Shown piece by piece: positions 25,801-41,210 of a stretch of DNA of 64,000 nucleotides (its first letter is position 1; the number at the start of each line of letters is the position of its first letter). The notes beneath the pieces were generated by a model. That model did no database searches. It saw only the letters and a list, made by a program, of their open reading frames with translations, and had not been told where the DNA came from. Both the position numbers and the translations under genes were made by a program. The DNA is from the human T2T-CHM13v2.0 reference genome, Homo sapiens: the NCBI RefSeq assembly GCF_009914755.1, contig NC_060933.1. One strand, given 5' to 3'.

Positions 25801-26306
25801 AGTAGACATGTGTTAAAGCATGAGGAAAAAACTTGCAGCTAAGTATTTCAGTGCTGAACTGGGGAGCAATCGCAAAATAAATATTTGCTGAGTTCCTTCT
25901 ATGTGCTAGGCACATGCATTTGAAGCCGAATACATCTTTTACTAGCAACACTCTGTGACCAGGGCTCAGGGGTGCAGAGAGTCAAGGAGAGGACTACTTA
26001 GTATGGAAGTGGGGACAGCACTGAAGGAAGTGCTGGCCAGGAGTCCAGAGTCCAGAGCCACTCACAAAATGCTATTCAAGATTCTAATAATTTTTCTAGT
26101 TTTGTTTTGACAAAACTTACCACTTTTGGCATCCCTCATTTACATCTAGATCTTAGATATCATTGAACCCAATGTTTCTTAAAGAGGGCTTCTGTGAGAT
26201 TCAGCAATGAGACCGAACAGCTCCACATTTATTGATTTTATATATTTTGGTCTTTTTAATATGTCTATGCCGGCAAGATTTCTTTTGGTTAGAAGAGAAT
26301 ACCAAA

Positions 26307-26674
26307 TGATATGTTTTGGATATGTCCCCACTCAAATTTCATCTTGAATTGTGACTCCCACAATTCCCATGTGTTGTGGGAGGAACCTGGTGGGAGGTGA
26401 TTAAATTGTGGGAGCAGGTCTTTCCTGTGCTGTTCTCCTGATAGTAAATGAGTCTTACGAGATCTGATGGTTTTAAAAACAGGAGTTTCCCAGCACAAGC
26501 TCTCTTTTTGCCTGCTGCCATCCATGTAAGAGATGACTTGCTCCTCCTTGCCTTCTGCCATGATTGTGAGGCTTCCCCAGCCAAGTGGAACTGTAAGTCC
26601 ATTAAACCTGTTTCTTTTGTAAATTGCCCAGTCTCGGGTATGTCTTTATCAGCAGCGTGAAAACGGACTACATA
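26307..26674 (+). mobile_element. THE1B solo LTR
   Basis: tgatatgttttggatatgtcccca...aaaacaggagtttcccagcacaagctctc...tgtctttatcagcagcgtgaaaacggacta; TSD ccaaa/ccaac. Confidence 0.9.
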
Positions 26675-27078
26675 CCAACCTAAACTAACTTAAGTTAAAG
26701 AGGAAGTAAATGGATCAAACGACTAATAGCAGGAAGAGGAAGGTATAGCAGGGCTCTTGGGATAAAGGAAGCCAGGAATACCACTGAGATTCTCTCCATC
26801 TTTCCACACTGTATCTAGCCATGTATAAGTTTTACTTCCTTCTATTTCAGAAGGACTTCTTCCTCATAATAAAGAACATGGCCTCAGTCAGTTCCAAAGT
26901 CTCTTATAATCACTCTCTCTCTCTGATCCAAGGTCAAAAATCTTGGAGGAACAGCTTGATTGTGATTACTCTTGAAATTATAGGCATGAGCACAAGGACT
27001 ATGGCCAGCCTGGATTGTTCAGTGTCCAGCCCTGGCTAATCAATAAGAAACTGTGGATATTTTAGAAATTGTCAGCTA

Positions 27079-28851
27079 TTGCTACAAAGAGAATAAAATA
27101 CCAAAGAATCCAACTTAACTTACAAGGGATGTGAAGGACCGCTTCAAAGAGAACTACAAACCACTGCTCAATGAAATAAAAGAAGACACAAACAAATGGA
27201 AGAATATTCCATGCCCATGGATAGGAAGAATCAATATCATGAAAATGGCCATACTGCCCAAGGTAATTTATAGAATCAATGCCATCCCCATCAAGCTACC
27301 AATGACTTTCTTCACAGAATTGTAAAAAAGTACTTTAAGGTTCATATGGAACCAAAAAAGAGCCTGCATAGCCAAGACAATCCTAAGCAAAAAGAACAAA
27401 GCTGGAGGCATCATGCTACCTGACTTCAAACTATACTACAAGGTTACAGTAGCCAAAACAGCATGGTACTGGTACCAAAACAGACATATAGACCAATGGA
27501 ACAGAACAGAGGCCTCAGAAATAACACCACACATCTACAACCATCTGATCTTTGGCAAACCTAACAAAAACAAGAAATGGGGAAAGGATTCCCTATTTAA
27601 TAAATGGTGCTGGGAAAACTGGCTAGCCATATGTAGAAAGCTGAAACTGGATCCCTTCGTTACACCTTACACAAAAATTAATTCAAGAAGGATTAAAGAC
27701 TTAAATATTAGACCTAAAATTACAAAAACCCTGGAAGAAAATCTAGACGATACCATTCAGGACAGACGCATGGGCAAAGTCTTCATGACTAAATCACCAA
27801 AAGCAATGGCAACAAAAGCCAAAATTGACAAATGGGATCTAATTAAACTAAAGAGTTTCTGCACAGCAAAAGAAACTATCATCAGAGTGAACGGGCAACC
27901 TACAGAATGGGAGAATATTTTTGCAATCTATCCATCTGACAAAGGGCTAATATCCAGAATCTACAAAGAACTTAAACAAATTTACAAGAAAAAAACAAAC
28001 GACCCCATCAAAAAGTGGGCAAAGTATATGAACAGACACTTCTCAAAAGAAGACATTTATGCGCCAACAGACACATGAAAAAATGCTCATCATCACTGGT
28101 CATCAGAGAAATGCAAATCAAAACCACAATGAGATACCATCTCACACCAGTTAGAATGGCGATCATTAAAAAGTTGGGAAACAACAGATGCTGGAGAGGA
28201 TGTGGAGAAATAGGAACGCTTTTACACTGTTGGTGGGAGTGTAAATTAGTTCAACCATTGTGAAAGACAGTGTGGCAATTCCTCAAGGATCTAGAACCAG
28301 AAATACCATTTGACCCAGCGATCCCATTACTGGGTATATACCCAAAGGATTATAGATCTTATCTTGCTACTATAAAGACATATGCACACGTATATTTATT
28401 GTGTCAGTATTCACAATAGCAGACTTGGAGCCAACCCAAATGTCCATCCATGATGGACCAGATAAAGAAAATGTGGCACATATACACCATGGAATACTAT
28501 GCAGCCATAAAAAAGGACGAGTTCATGTCCTTTGCAGGGACATGGATGAAGCTGGAAACCATCATTCTCAGCAAACTATCACAAGGACAGAAAACCAAAC
28601 ACCGCATGTTCTCACTCATGGGTGAGAAGTGAACAATGAGAATACTTGGACACAGGAAGGGGAACATCACACATCCGGGCCTGTCAGGGAGTAGGGGGCT
28701 GGGGGAGGGATAGCATTAGGAGAAATACCTAATATAAATGACTAGTTGATGGGTGCAGCAAACCAACATAGCACATTTATACCTATGTAACAAACCTGCA
28801 TGTTGTGCACATGTACCCTAGAACTTAAAGTATAATAATAATTAAAAAAAA
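27079..28851 (+). mobile_element. 5'-truncated L1PA (about L1PA6/7): disrupted ORF2 3' end, 3' UTR, poly(A)
   Basis: ORF2 peptides [39 protein letters not shown] with stops/frameshifts; perfect 15-bp TSD agaaattgtcagcta (27064-27078, 28852-28866). Confidence 0.96.
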
Positions 28852-29009
28852 AGAAATTGTCAGCTAAAGTGAGGAAAGAGGAATAGTTCCCAGAAAGAGG
28901 GAAAAGAATTTGTATTATTAGGATGAATAAGTAAATGTTAATAGATATGTCTGTGATCTTTTTGGCAATTTTATTAAGGCTCACTAGATACGGCTTTCTT
29001 TGTATTTAT

Positions 29010-29395
29010 CCAGAATATTCATAAGTTGTTGAATGGATAAATAAATTATATTTATGTATGCAGTGGAATACTATTCAGCAATGAAAATGAATGAACTACA
29101 GTTACACGCAGCATGGATGAATCTCACAAACATAATGTTACGTAAAAGAAGACTTAATAGCAAAATAACATGTACTACAGTTTTCTATTTATTAGAAAGT
29201 TAGTCTGTGATGTTAGAGGTCAGAAGAGCTCCATACACAGCTAGGATGGAGGGCACCAGGAGGCTAGTATTGTTCTATTCCTAGATCCAGGTGGTGTCAC
29301 ATGGATATGTTTACCTTGTAGTAGTTCATTAAACCATATGCTTATAATTTGTGTGCTTATACAGTATGTTATACTTAAATAAAAACTTTTTCTAC
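29010..29395 (+). mobile_element. L1ME/L1MD-type 3' end
   Basis: gaatggataaataaatt...tggaatactattcagcaatgaaaatgaatgaactaca...catggatgaatctcacaaacataatgtt. Confidence 0.75.
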
Positions 29396-29949
29396 AAAAA
29401 TGCTTGTTAGCAATGTTGGGGGGTGGGAAAGAAATCCGCTCAATTTAGCTTGAATAAAGATTGCCACTATTAAGAATCATTGATGTAATTCTGTCCCCTA
29501 TTCTTCTGCCCACAGTTCAACATTTTTCCTACTCCTCAGCCTTATACTTGGTTGACTTTCTGCTGTAGAGAGTCAGACTGGGAAAAAAAAAGACACAGAC
29601 ATATGAAATGCCTGTTCAGAGATAATCAGTAACAGATTCTGAAATAAAGGCTGTCTTTGACTTCCAAACCAAAATCTAGAACATTCCACCAATCTACCAT
29701 AATATACACAATTCTACTAGTTCTGTTACCAAAGATTGCATTCATTTATTCACTCTGCATTTATTATAGGACAGCCAGTCAGGGAGTTCTCATTCTACCG
29801 GCCTGCAGCCCAGGGAGTGCTGGAATGGAAATATGAATAGAGTGCTGTATAACACATGCAGGAAGCCATTTTATACCTGGTGGATAAGGGTTGTCTTCAA
29901 GGAGGTATTTATATGCGTATGAAATATACACATACAAATGAGAAACATA

Positions 29950-30150
29950 TGTTCAGTAGTTAGGTGGGTGAACTGGTGCAATACTGCCCAGATTAAAACT
30001 TTGGCCACATCACTTACCTGTTAGGCAGTATGATCTGCTTGACCTTAGCACAGCCTTTTTGTGCTTCCGTTTCCTCATTTGTAAACTGGGGACAAATTAT
30101 GGAAGTTAATACATGTAAATGGTTAGGAAGGTGCTATACACATACAAGAG
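29950..30150 (+). mobile_element. MIR SINE
   Basis: gtgcttccgtttcctcatttgtaaactgggga core. Confidence 0.6.
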
Positions 30151-31087
30151 TACTAAGGGTGATAGAGGGCTCAGTGGGAGAAGGCTGGCCTTAGTGGGTA
30201 GGGGTATTTTATCATGGACATTGTTTATAACTGCCAACATATGGTAGTGAGAAAAAGTAGACTCCTTTTTTGGTTTTATTATTGTTTTTTAAAACTCTAT
30301 AGACAATGTAACCCCTTATTGCCTTCATCTGAAGGAAATATTCCCACCTCCCCACCCTCCACCCCCTGTACTGCCAGGTACACAGAATGTACCATATAAG
30401 TGCTTGCTAGTATCATTGTTATTATTTAGGTATGGAAGGCCACGTAGGAATTCCCAGAAGAACTGGGAGAAGGGAGGTGGAAAGGACCTTCCTGACGGTG
30501 GCATCAACACATGCAAAGACAATTTTATAAAAATACTATGTTCATTCAAACTATCAGTTAATATCCAAGCCAGGAAGGGAACTGGGCTTTCCTGAGAACG
30601 GTAGTGCCATCATTGGGAAGAAAAACGAATCATTATGAGAATTTCCTTTGATAGTCATCACTGAAGTCCACTCACAATTTCACGTGAGATTCTTCTGCTT
30701 GCAATTAAACATTTTTCCCATTCCTCAGCATTACACTTGTTTGTCTTTCTGCTCTAGAGGGTCAAGGATGGCTTGAAGATATCCATCCTTGAGAGCGCAA
30801 TTCTGCCAATGAGCTATTTCTGTGCAGTGCTTCTTACTCCGCCAATGTGAGCACCTACTTTAATAAAAAGAATAATCAACTGCTTTGTGGTTTAAAGGAT
30901 TCTTAATGCCAAGACTTCAGAGTTCTTCTCTATAAGTGCAATTAAGTAAAGGGAGGGACAAAGCCCAGTTAAATAATTCATAAAAGCATAACTACAGGAA
31001 AAAATGTTTAACTTATAGTTTTTCCATTAACCAGTGACTTGGCTCCACCAAGTTAGAGGATTCCTTTACATCAAGGACCCAGCATAC

Positions 31088-31421
31088 CAGAGGTCCCCAA
31101 CCCTCAGGCTATGGGCTGTTATCAGGTCTGTGGCCTATTAGGAACCAGGCCGCACAACAGGAGGTGAGTGGCGAGCAAGCATTACTGCCTGAGCTCTGCC
31201 TCCTCTCAGACTGGCAGCGGCATCAGATTCTCACAGGAGCCCAAACCCTACTGTGAACTATGCATGTGAGGAATCTAGGTTGCATGCTCCTTATGAGAAT
31301 CTAATGCCTGATTATCTGAGGTGGAACAGTTTCATCCTGAAACAATCCCCCAACCCCAGTCCTTGGAATAATGGTCTTCCACAAAACCAGTCCGTGGTAC
31401 CAAAAAGGCTGGAGACAACTG
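31088..31421 (+). mobile_element. MER1B hAT-Charlie MITE
   Basis: cagaggtccccaacc...aggaaccaggccgcacaacaggaggtgag...ccaaaaaggctggagacaactg; 8-bp TSD cagcatac/atgcatac. Confidence 0.9.
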
Positions 31422-31989
31422 ATGCATACCATTGTATGAGTCCACATGAAAGGCAAGACTTGTCTTACTGGAGTCCCAGGAGGACTAAATGAAAGGATTA
31501 TAAGAGAATGACAGACATTAGCACATCACGTAGATGACTTAGGCTCCCCCGTCCCCCACACACAAAACAAAGCAAAACAAAACAAAACCTCTATTTCAGC
31601 TAAAATTAAAAATAAGCAATATATTTAATCAATTTACACTAGCAAGTAAATATCACTTGTAAGTGTAATATGACTCCTCCTTAGGAGGAGCACCAAAGTA
31701 GAAAGCCAAACAAAACAGACTAAATACAATGAGATTATCTAGAGCCAAACTCCAGAAATGTTCCCAGTGGAGACTGTGGAATAGACAAAATAAATTTTAA
31801 TCCATGAATTGTCTTTATGAATCGACAAAGCTCAGAACATTATGTAGAAGAATTTGTGAAAAATAAAAAATATTTTTTAAAACAGTAAAGTCCCAGTATA
31901 AAGTACTCCAATAGACAGTATTCTCTAGCCTAGGCCGAATTTCCTATCCCAACATAATGCTTAGCAGTACAGCACCTGCAGCCCTCCAC

Positions 31990-32200
31990 CTTGGTTTGCA
32001 TCCTGGTCTTGCCACTCTCAAGTTATATAACCTTGGACATGTTAGTTAACCTCTAAGAGCTTAAATTACCTTGTTTATAAAATGAGGTTAATACTGCTAC
32101 CTATCACATGGAGGTTTACTAAAATTAAATGAAGTTTTGGCAGAAAGCACTTGGAACAGTGCCTAAAACATAGTAAGAATTCTATTAATGTTAGCTACCT
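31990..32200 (+). mobile_element. MIR SINE
   Basis: accttggacatgttagttaacctct...tataaaatgagg...aaagcacttggaacagtgcctaaaacatagtaag. Confidence 0.75.
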
Positions 32201-32569
32201 TTTTTTAAACTCATTAACTATTACTTCAGCACAGGTGCATGGCCAGTGTGCTTGGGCAGGCAAAACCTTAGTGAAATTTTAAAAACAAAATGTAATTTGT
32301 GCTGTCAGAACGCCCAAACAGGATCTCATGAATCCTTGTGATGCTCATGAGAACAAAACACCTTACGGTGCAGTCAGATCAGAAACATCAGGCTCTAAGA
32401 AAACTCAGGAAATGGAAATCTCCCACGCACCCTTGAATGCCACATACCCAGACTTACCTCATTACCTTCTTATCCCTCTCCCATCCCGTTTCCCATGCCC
32501 TGGTCTTTCTCCTCCTACTTCTCTTATTGTCTATATCTTAGGAAATAGCATAGTCCCCATCCAGGGGCC

Positions 32570-33010
32570 CAGTTGAAATTCTAGCTAGTCAGACCCCTAC
32601 AAGTCAACTGACATTTCATTCCTGCCTTAACTCCCCATCCCTAGAACCTCTAATACATACCTTGGAAATAGTTCATTTTCATCCACTCCTCTTCAGGCAC
32701 ACTGCTGCTGCCCTGGGCTCTGCCTACACTATTTCTCAGCTGAGCTGTTGCAATAGCCTCCTTATGCACCTCTCTGCTTCTATGCTTGCTCCAGGCCAAT
32801 CATTCTCTATAAAACCCTTGGAGAAAAGTTTCAAACTTACAAAACCAATCATGGCACTTCCCCAATAAAAATTTTTGTTTCTTTTGAGCCACCTCCCTTC
32901 TCCTCTCTCTACTTTGAATTCCTTCCACACCACTGGCCCTATTTTATCCTCTGGCCACAAAAATTCACTGCAGGTGCCCAAATCTCCCACATTCCCTCTT
33001 CGCTCTGTGC
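32570..33010 (+). mobile_element. L2 LINE fragment
   Basis: atccactcctcttc...cactgctgctgccctgg...tgcaatagcctcc...cacttccc; pyrimidine-rich L2 character. Confidence 0.55.
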
Positions 33011-33489
33011 TCTGGGCACATGCCCTTTCCTCTTCCCAGTAAGAGGAATACGAGTTGAGAAAACAAAGACAGCTATGAAGAAATAAGAAGGAACAAAGAA
33101 AGTCTAGCATCACAGAACATAGTAAATAAAGAAAAGGTTGTTTTAAGAATTGGGGAAGGAAATAAATTGTGTCAGAGGCAGAAACAAAAATAAGAACTAA
33201 GGATTTGGTCACACCGATTACTGCTTTTGTTCTCTCGATTTCTCTATTCAGAAATCTCCAACTCACCCTACAAGTCCCAGTCCAAATGTTGCCGCCTCTC
33301 TGGAGCCTTCCCTGACTTCTGTAGGCTGCCAACCCAGATGTTCTACTTTCCCACATTTATAGCATTATACACACAGCTCCACAAAACAATGTTCTAACCA
33401 TTTTTATACTGGCTTCCTTGCAGGAATATCCTCCAGCACTGAGTCTGGATATTGCAGACCATGACAATGATAATGACAGCAGTGCAATA

Positions 33490-33840
33490 ATAATAATAGT
33501 TGTTTCTTTTGTTGATAATGGCGACTATTTGGTAGACTCTAGGCACTTTGCTAAGGCATTTATTGATTGAATTGCATAGAATTGCTGTGTTTATTGGCCA
33601 AAAGGGTCATATATTATGACCAGGTCATACCTGGTAATTTCAGGTAGTTCAGCCTAAAACATGCACTGTTTTCATCTTCACCACAATTTGAAGAGGCAGA
33701 TGTGTTATTATACCCATTCTATGAGAAACAAAATTGAGGTTCAGAGGTTTTAAGTAACTTTTCCCAAGGTGATATAACAGAAAAGTGAAGAAGCCCAGAC
33801 CCTCATCCAGGACTGCCTGACTCTCAGCACTCCTAACCAG
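33490..33840 (-). mobile_element. MIR SINE (interrupted)
   Basis: aggcactttgctaagg...ttattatacccatt...attgaggttcagaggttttaagtaacttttcccaaggt. Confidence 0.65.
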
Positions 33841-35244
33841 TATTATATTCTGACTCCCAGAATTATTAGTTAAATTGGTTAACCAACTAAAGCAATAATA
33901 TGGGGGTCTCCAAAGATAATGGTTGCCTAGCATAAAGAGGCAAGTTGGTGTTCACGGAGTCTGGGTAGGACAAATCCTGATGTTCATGTGTGAGTTAAAA
34001 CAGGCTTCTCTGCAGCAAGCGAAGGCTGTTAAATATTGAAATGAGCTAATAAGGAAGGTTATAGACTCTCCTTCAAGAGAAGGATTTCTTCCCCCAATGG
34101 AGAATAGATTCTATCTGTCTGAGATGGCTTAAATATAATCCTTTGTGAAGGTCAATAAATTGGCTTGCCAAGTCCTTTCCAGGTCCCTGATGATACTCGG
34201 ATACACTGGCTCAATGTGGCTCAGTGCGTGGCCTGAAAATGGAGGGTGCTGAACCCTGAGCCAGAAATAATCTCTTCCTTTTTTAAACTCACTTCGCCCT
34301 CTGACTCGTCCTTCTTTGTGACATACGTGGTGAATTTGTACGTTGTTCTGATTTCTGCTGAAGAAAAATGCATCTAAAGCACAAAGCACGTGTGCTTCAT
34401 TTTGACATCTCCCGGAGTGCCCAGCACAGTGCTTCATGCTACATTTTTAAAATGTGATCAAATGGTGCTTCTTTTTGTCTTCTGAAAGAATCCTATAGTA
34501 TCAACTGAAAATAAGGCTGTTATTTTTGTCTAAAATTTATTGTCAAAATTAAACTCACAGCATAAGAACAAAGCTTTCTTAAGTGTGCTTTTGGTTTAAA
34601 GATGAACCAGTACTGTAGTCAAAAAGAAAGAGATCTGGCTAGATTACTAATAGATAATAGCACATCCCAATATCTAAGCAAGTGTCTAACAATTCCCAAT
34701 TACAGTCACTACCATCTCAAAATAATTATAGTGGAAAAGTCTTTTTCATAATTGCCATTCCATAAGAAGCATAACTTTTTATAATTTTTAGTAAATAAGT
34801 ACAAAAAATTACTCTAGATCCTTATTCTCAATAAAAATAACAATAACTACACTTGTACAGAACATTAAAGTAGGAAATAAAACAAAATTCCTTCAAATGG
34901 TTTGGCTCATTTGATCCATATAACAGTTCTTACCATTTATATCACCACTCCAGAGGATATTTACAGGAAACTTGGATCAGAGAGATGAAGAAAATTGCTA
35001 TGAGTCACAAAGCTAGCAATAGCAGGGTCTAGACTAAAACCCAGGCATTTTCCTGGTTTCAAATTTCATAATTTTTCCACTGCATCCACATGGCCAATCT
35101 TTTTTTTTTAATGCATTTTTACCTCAGCAATATAGTTAATCAAGTTTCAGAGAAAGTGACCAATTTGCTGAAGGAGGCACATTTTATTACTTTTGGTAAT
35201 TGAGCTTGAACATTAATTACTCACATCTTATAAAAAAAAATACC

Positions 35245-35490
35245 TGTAGTTAACAGTTATTGAGCATTTGCTTCTTGCCACTGAACTAAGTGCTTTACAT
35301 GGAGTATCGAATTCATTCCTTAAAAGTCTGGAAGGTTGGTCTTCCCCTTTTCCAAGTGTGGAAACTGCAGCTGGCAGAGATTAAGTAACTTTTCCAAGTT
35401 CACATGGTTGGGAAAGTTAAGTGGGAGAGCAGTGGTCTGAACCCCTATCAGCGGAACCCAGAATCCAGGCTCTTAACCACCATGTTCATC
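35245..35490 (-). mobile_element. MIR SINE
   Basis: ttattgagcatttgct...ctaagtgctttacatgg...ggaaactgcagctggcagagattaagtaacttttccaagttcaca. Confidence 0.75.
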
Positions 35491-35499
35491 TGCTATGCT

Positions 35500-35682
35500 A
35501 CTGGTTCTCAGGGCTTTGTCCTGGGTAGTCAGCATCAACATCACTGGGGACTTGTAAGAAATATAAATTATCTGGCCACACCCCAGACCCACTGAATCAA
35601 AAGCTCCAAGAGGGAGCTCCAGAAATCTATGTTTTAAGCCCTCTACGTGCTCCCGAGGCACACTAAAATTTGAGAAACACTG
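35500..35682. mobile_element. MER5A hAT-Charlie MITE
   Basis: tggttctca...agcatcaacatcac...ccccagacccactgaatca...tttgagaaacactg. Confidence 0.8.
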
Positions 35683-37066
35683 TCTAGGCTGAAATAAGAG
35701 TAGACAGTAGCCATTTACAAGGATTCATTATACATTCTTTGCTATCAGGGAATGCAAAAAGGAAGTGAGAAGTTAGGGACAACTGACAACGTTGTTGAAA
35801 ATCTTCAGAGGATATTAAAGCCAAAAAGGGAAAAAATAACCTTAACTAGTGCATGCAGAAGCTGAAAACAGCAATGATGACCAATTAATCAGGCAATATG
35901 TTACACTGTAATCAAAGACCAGAAAACTCCGGAAGGACTAAATGACATGGAGTTTATTACTGCATGGTAAATGACCATTAATAAAACATGGCTGTTAAAA
36001 GAACTAAGGAGATGAATAACTGTAGAAAGAAATGTCAGCTGTAGAAGGAACAACTTATGGTCTTAATCACTTGGAGAAATTACAGGTATGGACACAGAAT
36101 AAAAAGAAAAGAATGGAAATTCACTGTGCTATAAGAAAAACATGGCATGAACCTGATAGCTATTTTAATACAAAATCAAGGTAGTTACAGAGACACTACA
36201 CACTGGTTAATGAAAGTTTGACCTGGCTAACATTTCAACTGCCAAAAATAATGAATTTACATAATTTTAATAGTACATTGTTTGGCAAACATTCCCATCT
36301 CTAGTATGGAAACAAGAAACTCTCTTGGAGTTGCTAAAATGTAAAGATTACTTGACTGGGAATTTATCTTGCACCCTTGGTTATTCCTTGGATTCATCTG
36401 GCTGAAGACCTCCACTGACCTGTAATTTTTTTTTAAAGGACTAACTGCACATGAGTGCTTCTGAAGAGAAAACCAAGAGCAGCTTCCAAGGGCATATCCT
36501 TCCAATATCATTCATTATATCTCTTTAGAGGACTGCTTTTTCAAAGTACAATGTGGAGGGACTGAAAAGTGACATCAAGCAAAAAAAGCATCTAATAATA
36601 CCTGCAAGGGAGTATAAAAAGAAAAAGGATTCCAACAGAGATACCAAAAGTCATTATACAACATAACTGTGAGTTATTTTTTTTTCATTTGATGGCTACT
36701 GATTTGAGGTCTTTAAAAAAAAAAAAAAAAAAACTTCAGTTGTTTAAGAGGAAGCAAATCAAAGAGAATGCATTCATTGAAGCTGTCAAAGGAAATATTA
36801 ACCAGTAAAATTGTCTAAATGAGATTTATTAGGAAAAAGTATGCTCTTATCTAACTCAGTGTTTTGTAACAATTTTCCATTCCCATATTTTAAAAAATTA
36901 ACTAAAATGTATTGACTGCTTACTACATGCCAGGAATCATTTAAGCTTATTATGTGAATTATCCTTGGTAATTTTCATAGCAACTCTATTACATATAACT
37001 GTTTGTGTCCTCCCTCCAATTCACACTTTACAGATAAAAAAGTTGAAGGCAGATAGCTAAAGTTAC

Positions 37067-37576
37067 AGGTGGTATCTGTTCTCCAAGGACAGCCCCAAAT
37101 AATTCCATCTCTTCCTATATATACAAGCTGCTCCAGCCACAATAAGGTGGAACTCACATTCCTCCGCCTTGAACCTGTGCTGGATCTGAGACTGATTTGA
37201 CCAATAGAATGCAGAGAAAAAAAATATTATAAATCTTCCAAGACAGGAATTAAGAAGGCCTGGCAGCTTCTACAACTTGAAATCTAGCCACCATGTTGTA
37301 AGGAAGCCCAAGAAGCCATGTGGAGAGGCTCATGTGGAGAATAATCAAGGCCCCTGGCTGATAATTTCCACTGAGCTATCAGCCAACAGCCAGCACCAAC
37401 TTGCCAGTTATGTGAGTGAACTATCCCCCAGCCCCAGTTAAAACACTCTAGCTGATGGTGCATGGAACATAGATAAGCTGTCTGTCTCCACCAAGCTCTA
37501 CCCAAATGACAAAAATCATTGTTTTAAGGCACCAAGATTTGAAGTGATTTATTGCACATCAGTAGATAACTAAAAC
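37067..37576 (+). mobile_element. MLT1F/G-like MaLR solo LTR
   Basis: gactgatttgaccaatagaatgcag, gccaccatgttgtaaggaagccca, agccagcaccaacttgccag; ends agtagataactaaaac. Confidence 0.7.
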
Positions 37577-38194
37577 TTTGAACTACCCAAAGTTATAGAG
37601 AGAGATGACTCAACATTAGGTAGGCCATAGATTTCACTCTCAAATATATTAACAAACTGCACATGAGGATGTACAATGGAACAATTCCAATCAGAGGCAA
37701 GGGTGAATAAAGATGTTCATATATGGACATTTTATTCAACAAGCATTCATTGAGAACCACTGAGGAAGCAGGCACTGAGCCCAAATGTGCTGGATATAAA
37801 GGTAAATAGTCAGAACCCTGAGCTCAAGGAATTCTCCATGCAAGGCCACTAAGAAAAAATTACAATACCAGAGGAAATGAACAAATTGGTGTAGACTAAC
37901 AGGTAGATTCTTGAGATCACTTGGCGACCTAAGTAAATACTGTTGATTTTCTTATATCTACCCTAAGGCAAGGAATTATAGGGGAAAAACTTAGAATGAG
38001 TTGAGAGTAGGGGTATGAAGAAAAGTTGCACTTAGAGAAACAAAGTAAACTTGCATGGTACAACAACAACAACCACAAAAACACTATATATACACACACG
38101 CATAAATATACACATACACATATAAAATGGAGGAGGAAAGGCAAAATGTGATAAATGGTTATTAGGAGAAGGAAAATTTTGTGTGTGTGGACAA

Positions 38195-38197
38195 GCG

Positions 38198-38256
<59 letters not shown>
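38195..38256 (+). repeat. (GC)6(AC)25 compound microsatellite
   Basis: Uninterrupted 62-bp purine/pyrimidine alternation. Confidence 0.95.
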
Positions 38257-38258
<2 letters not shown>

Positions 38259-38334
38259 CTCCTATGGCACGGTCCATAAAAACAGTTTGATCAAAGTGAA
38301 GGTCAAACAAAGAGGTTTTTTTAAATGAATTCTA

Positions 38335-38667
<333 letters not shown>

Positions 38668-38677
38668 TTAAAAAACA

Positions 38678-40310
<1,633 letters not shown>

Positions 40311-40989
40311 TCAACAACACAATCTCAACTTGTTAGGTTTATATAACTAGCAACTATGGCTGGGACATCTGTTCTTTCTCAAAATCAGAAGTTGCTTATT
40401 CTATAACGATAAGGATAATTTGTCCACCTGAAAATAATTACAGTGCTGACTCTCATTTTCCAAGAACCTAAGAAATTATTACGCAATTTAATCTTCTAAA
40501 GACCCCACAGCCAACATGATGACCAGAAGTTAACTTGATTGTCTGACATTAGTTGTTTAGCCATTTCCCATCAATTTAACCCTGTTTATTCATTTGCCTA
40601 GCATCTATTTTGAAGCTTCAAACCTCTCACAAAAATCCTCTAGCACATGGTAAATGGAAGAAACAGTGAGTATTTTGGGCTTGACACTGACTTTTATTTA
40701 TCCTTGACAATGATAAAAATATACCTCTTTTCTTCTGAAAAAAAAAAATTGTCAAATGTTTGCTGTGGGATAAGACCTTAAAGAGAGAAATGCTTCCAAT
40801 GGTCTTTCTTCATTGTTTTAGGTTTGTATGATATCAATCAAGAGGTGCCCCAAAGTGAACCTTTGCTTAATACCTGCCATAATTCTAAAATCTATACATA
40901 CAGTCTTTGTGCATTAAACACCTTTCTGTCTTGAGGCATTTTCTCTCGAAGTGAAAACACTGTGAGGAATTCCATCTCAGGGATGAGTG

Positions 40990-41210
40990 CCCTGTTAGGA
41001 TTCAAAACACCTGGCTCCATCTGACTTCACTGCTCACTGCCCAGTGTGACTTGGGGCAAGTCTTTAAACCTCTCTAACCTCGTCTTACTATTTGTACAGT
41101 GTAGATAACCCACCTATCTGGTCCACTTGGCAGAGTTAGCAAGAAAAATAAAATGCTGCCTATGTGGATGATTTTTGTAATGTAAGGAGCTATACAAATA
41201 CAAGTGATTC
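40990..41210 (+). mobile_element. MIR SINE
   Basis: gtgtgacttggggcaagtctttaaacctctctaacctc. Confidence 0.6.

Noticed and set aside
27131-28632. L1 ORF2-like ORFs as a functional CDS
   Set aside because: 5'-truncated, lacking the endonuclease and most of the RT, and split by stops and frameshifts.
31635-31690. Two adjacent short hairpins (imperfect 14-bp and 8-bp stems); a similar 12-bp stem at 52086-52115
   Set aside because: Short or imperfect stems within chance expectation for AT-rich DNA.
35700-36250. Possible L3/CR1 relics (also ~240-1330, ~20850-21500, ~50030-50460)
   Set aside because: Only vague resemblance by eye; needs a profile-HMM search to support.
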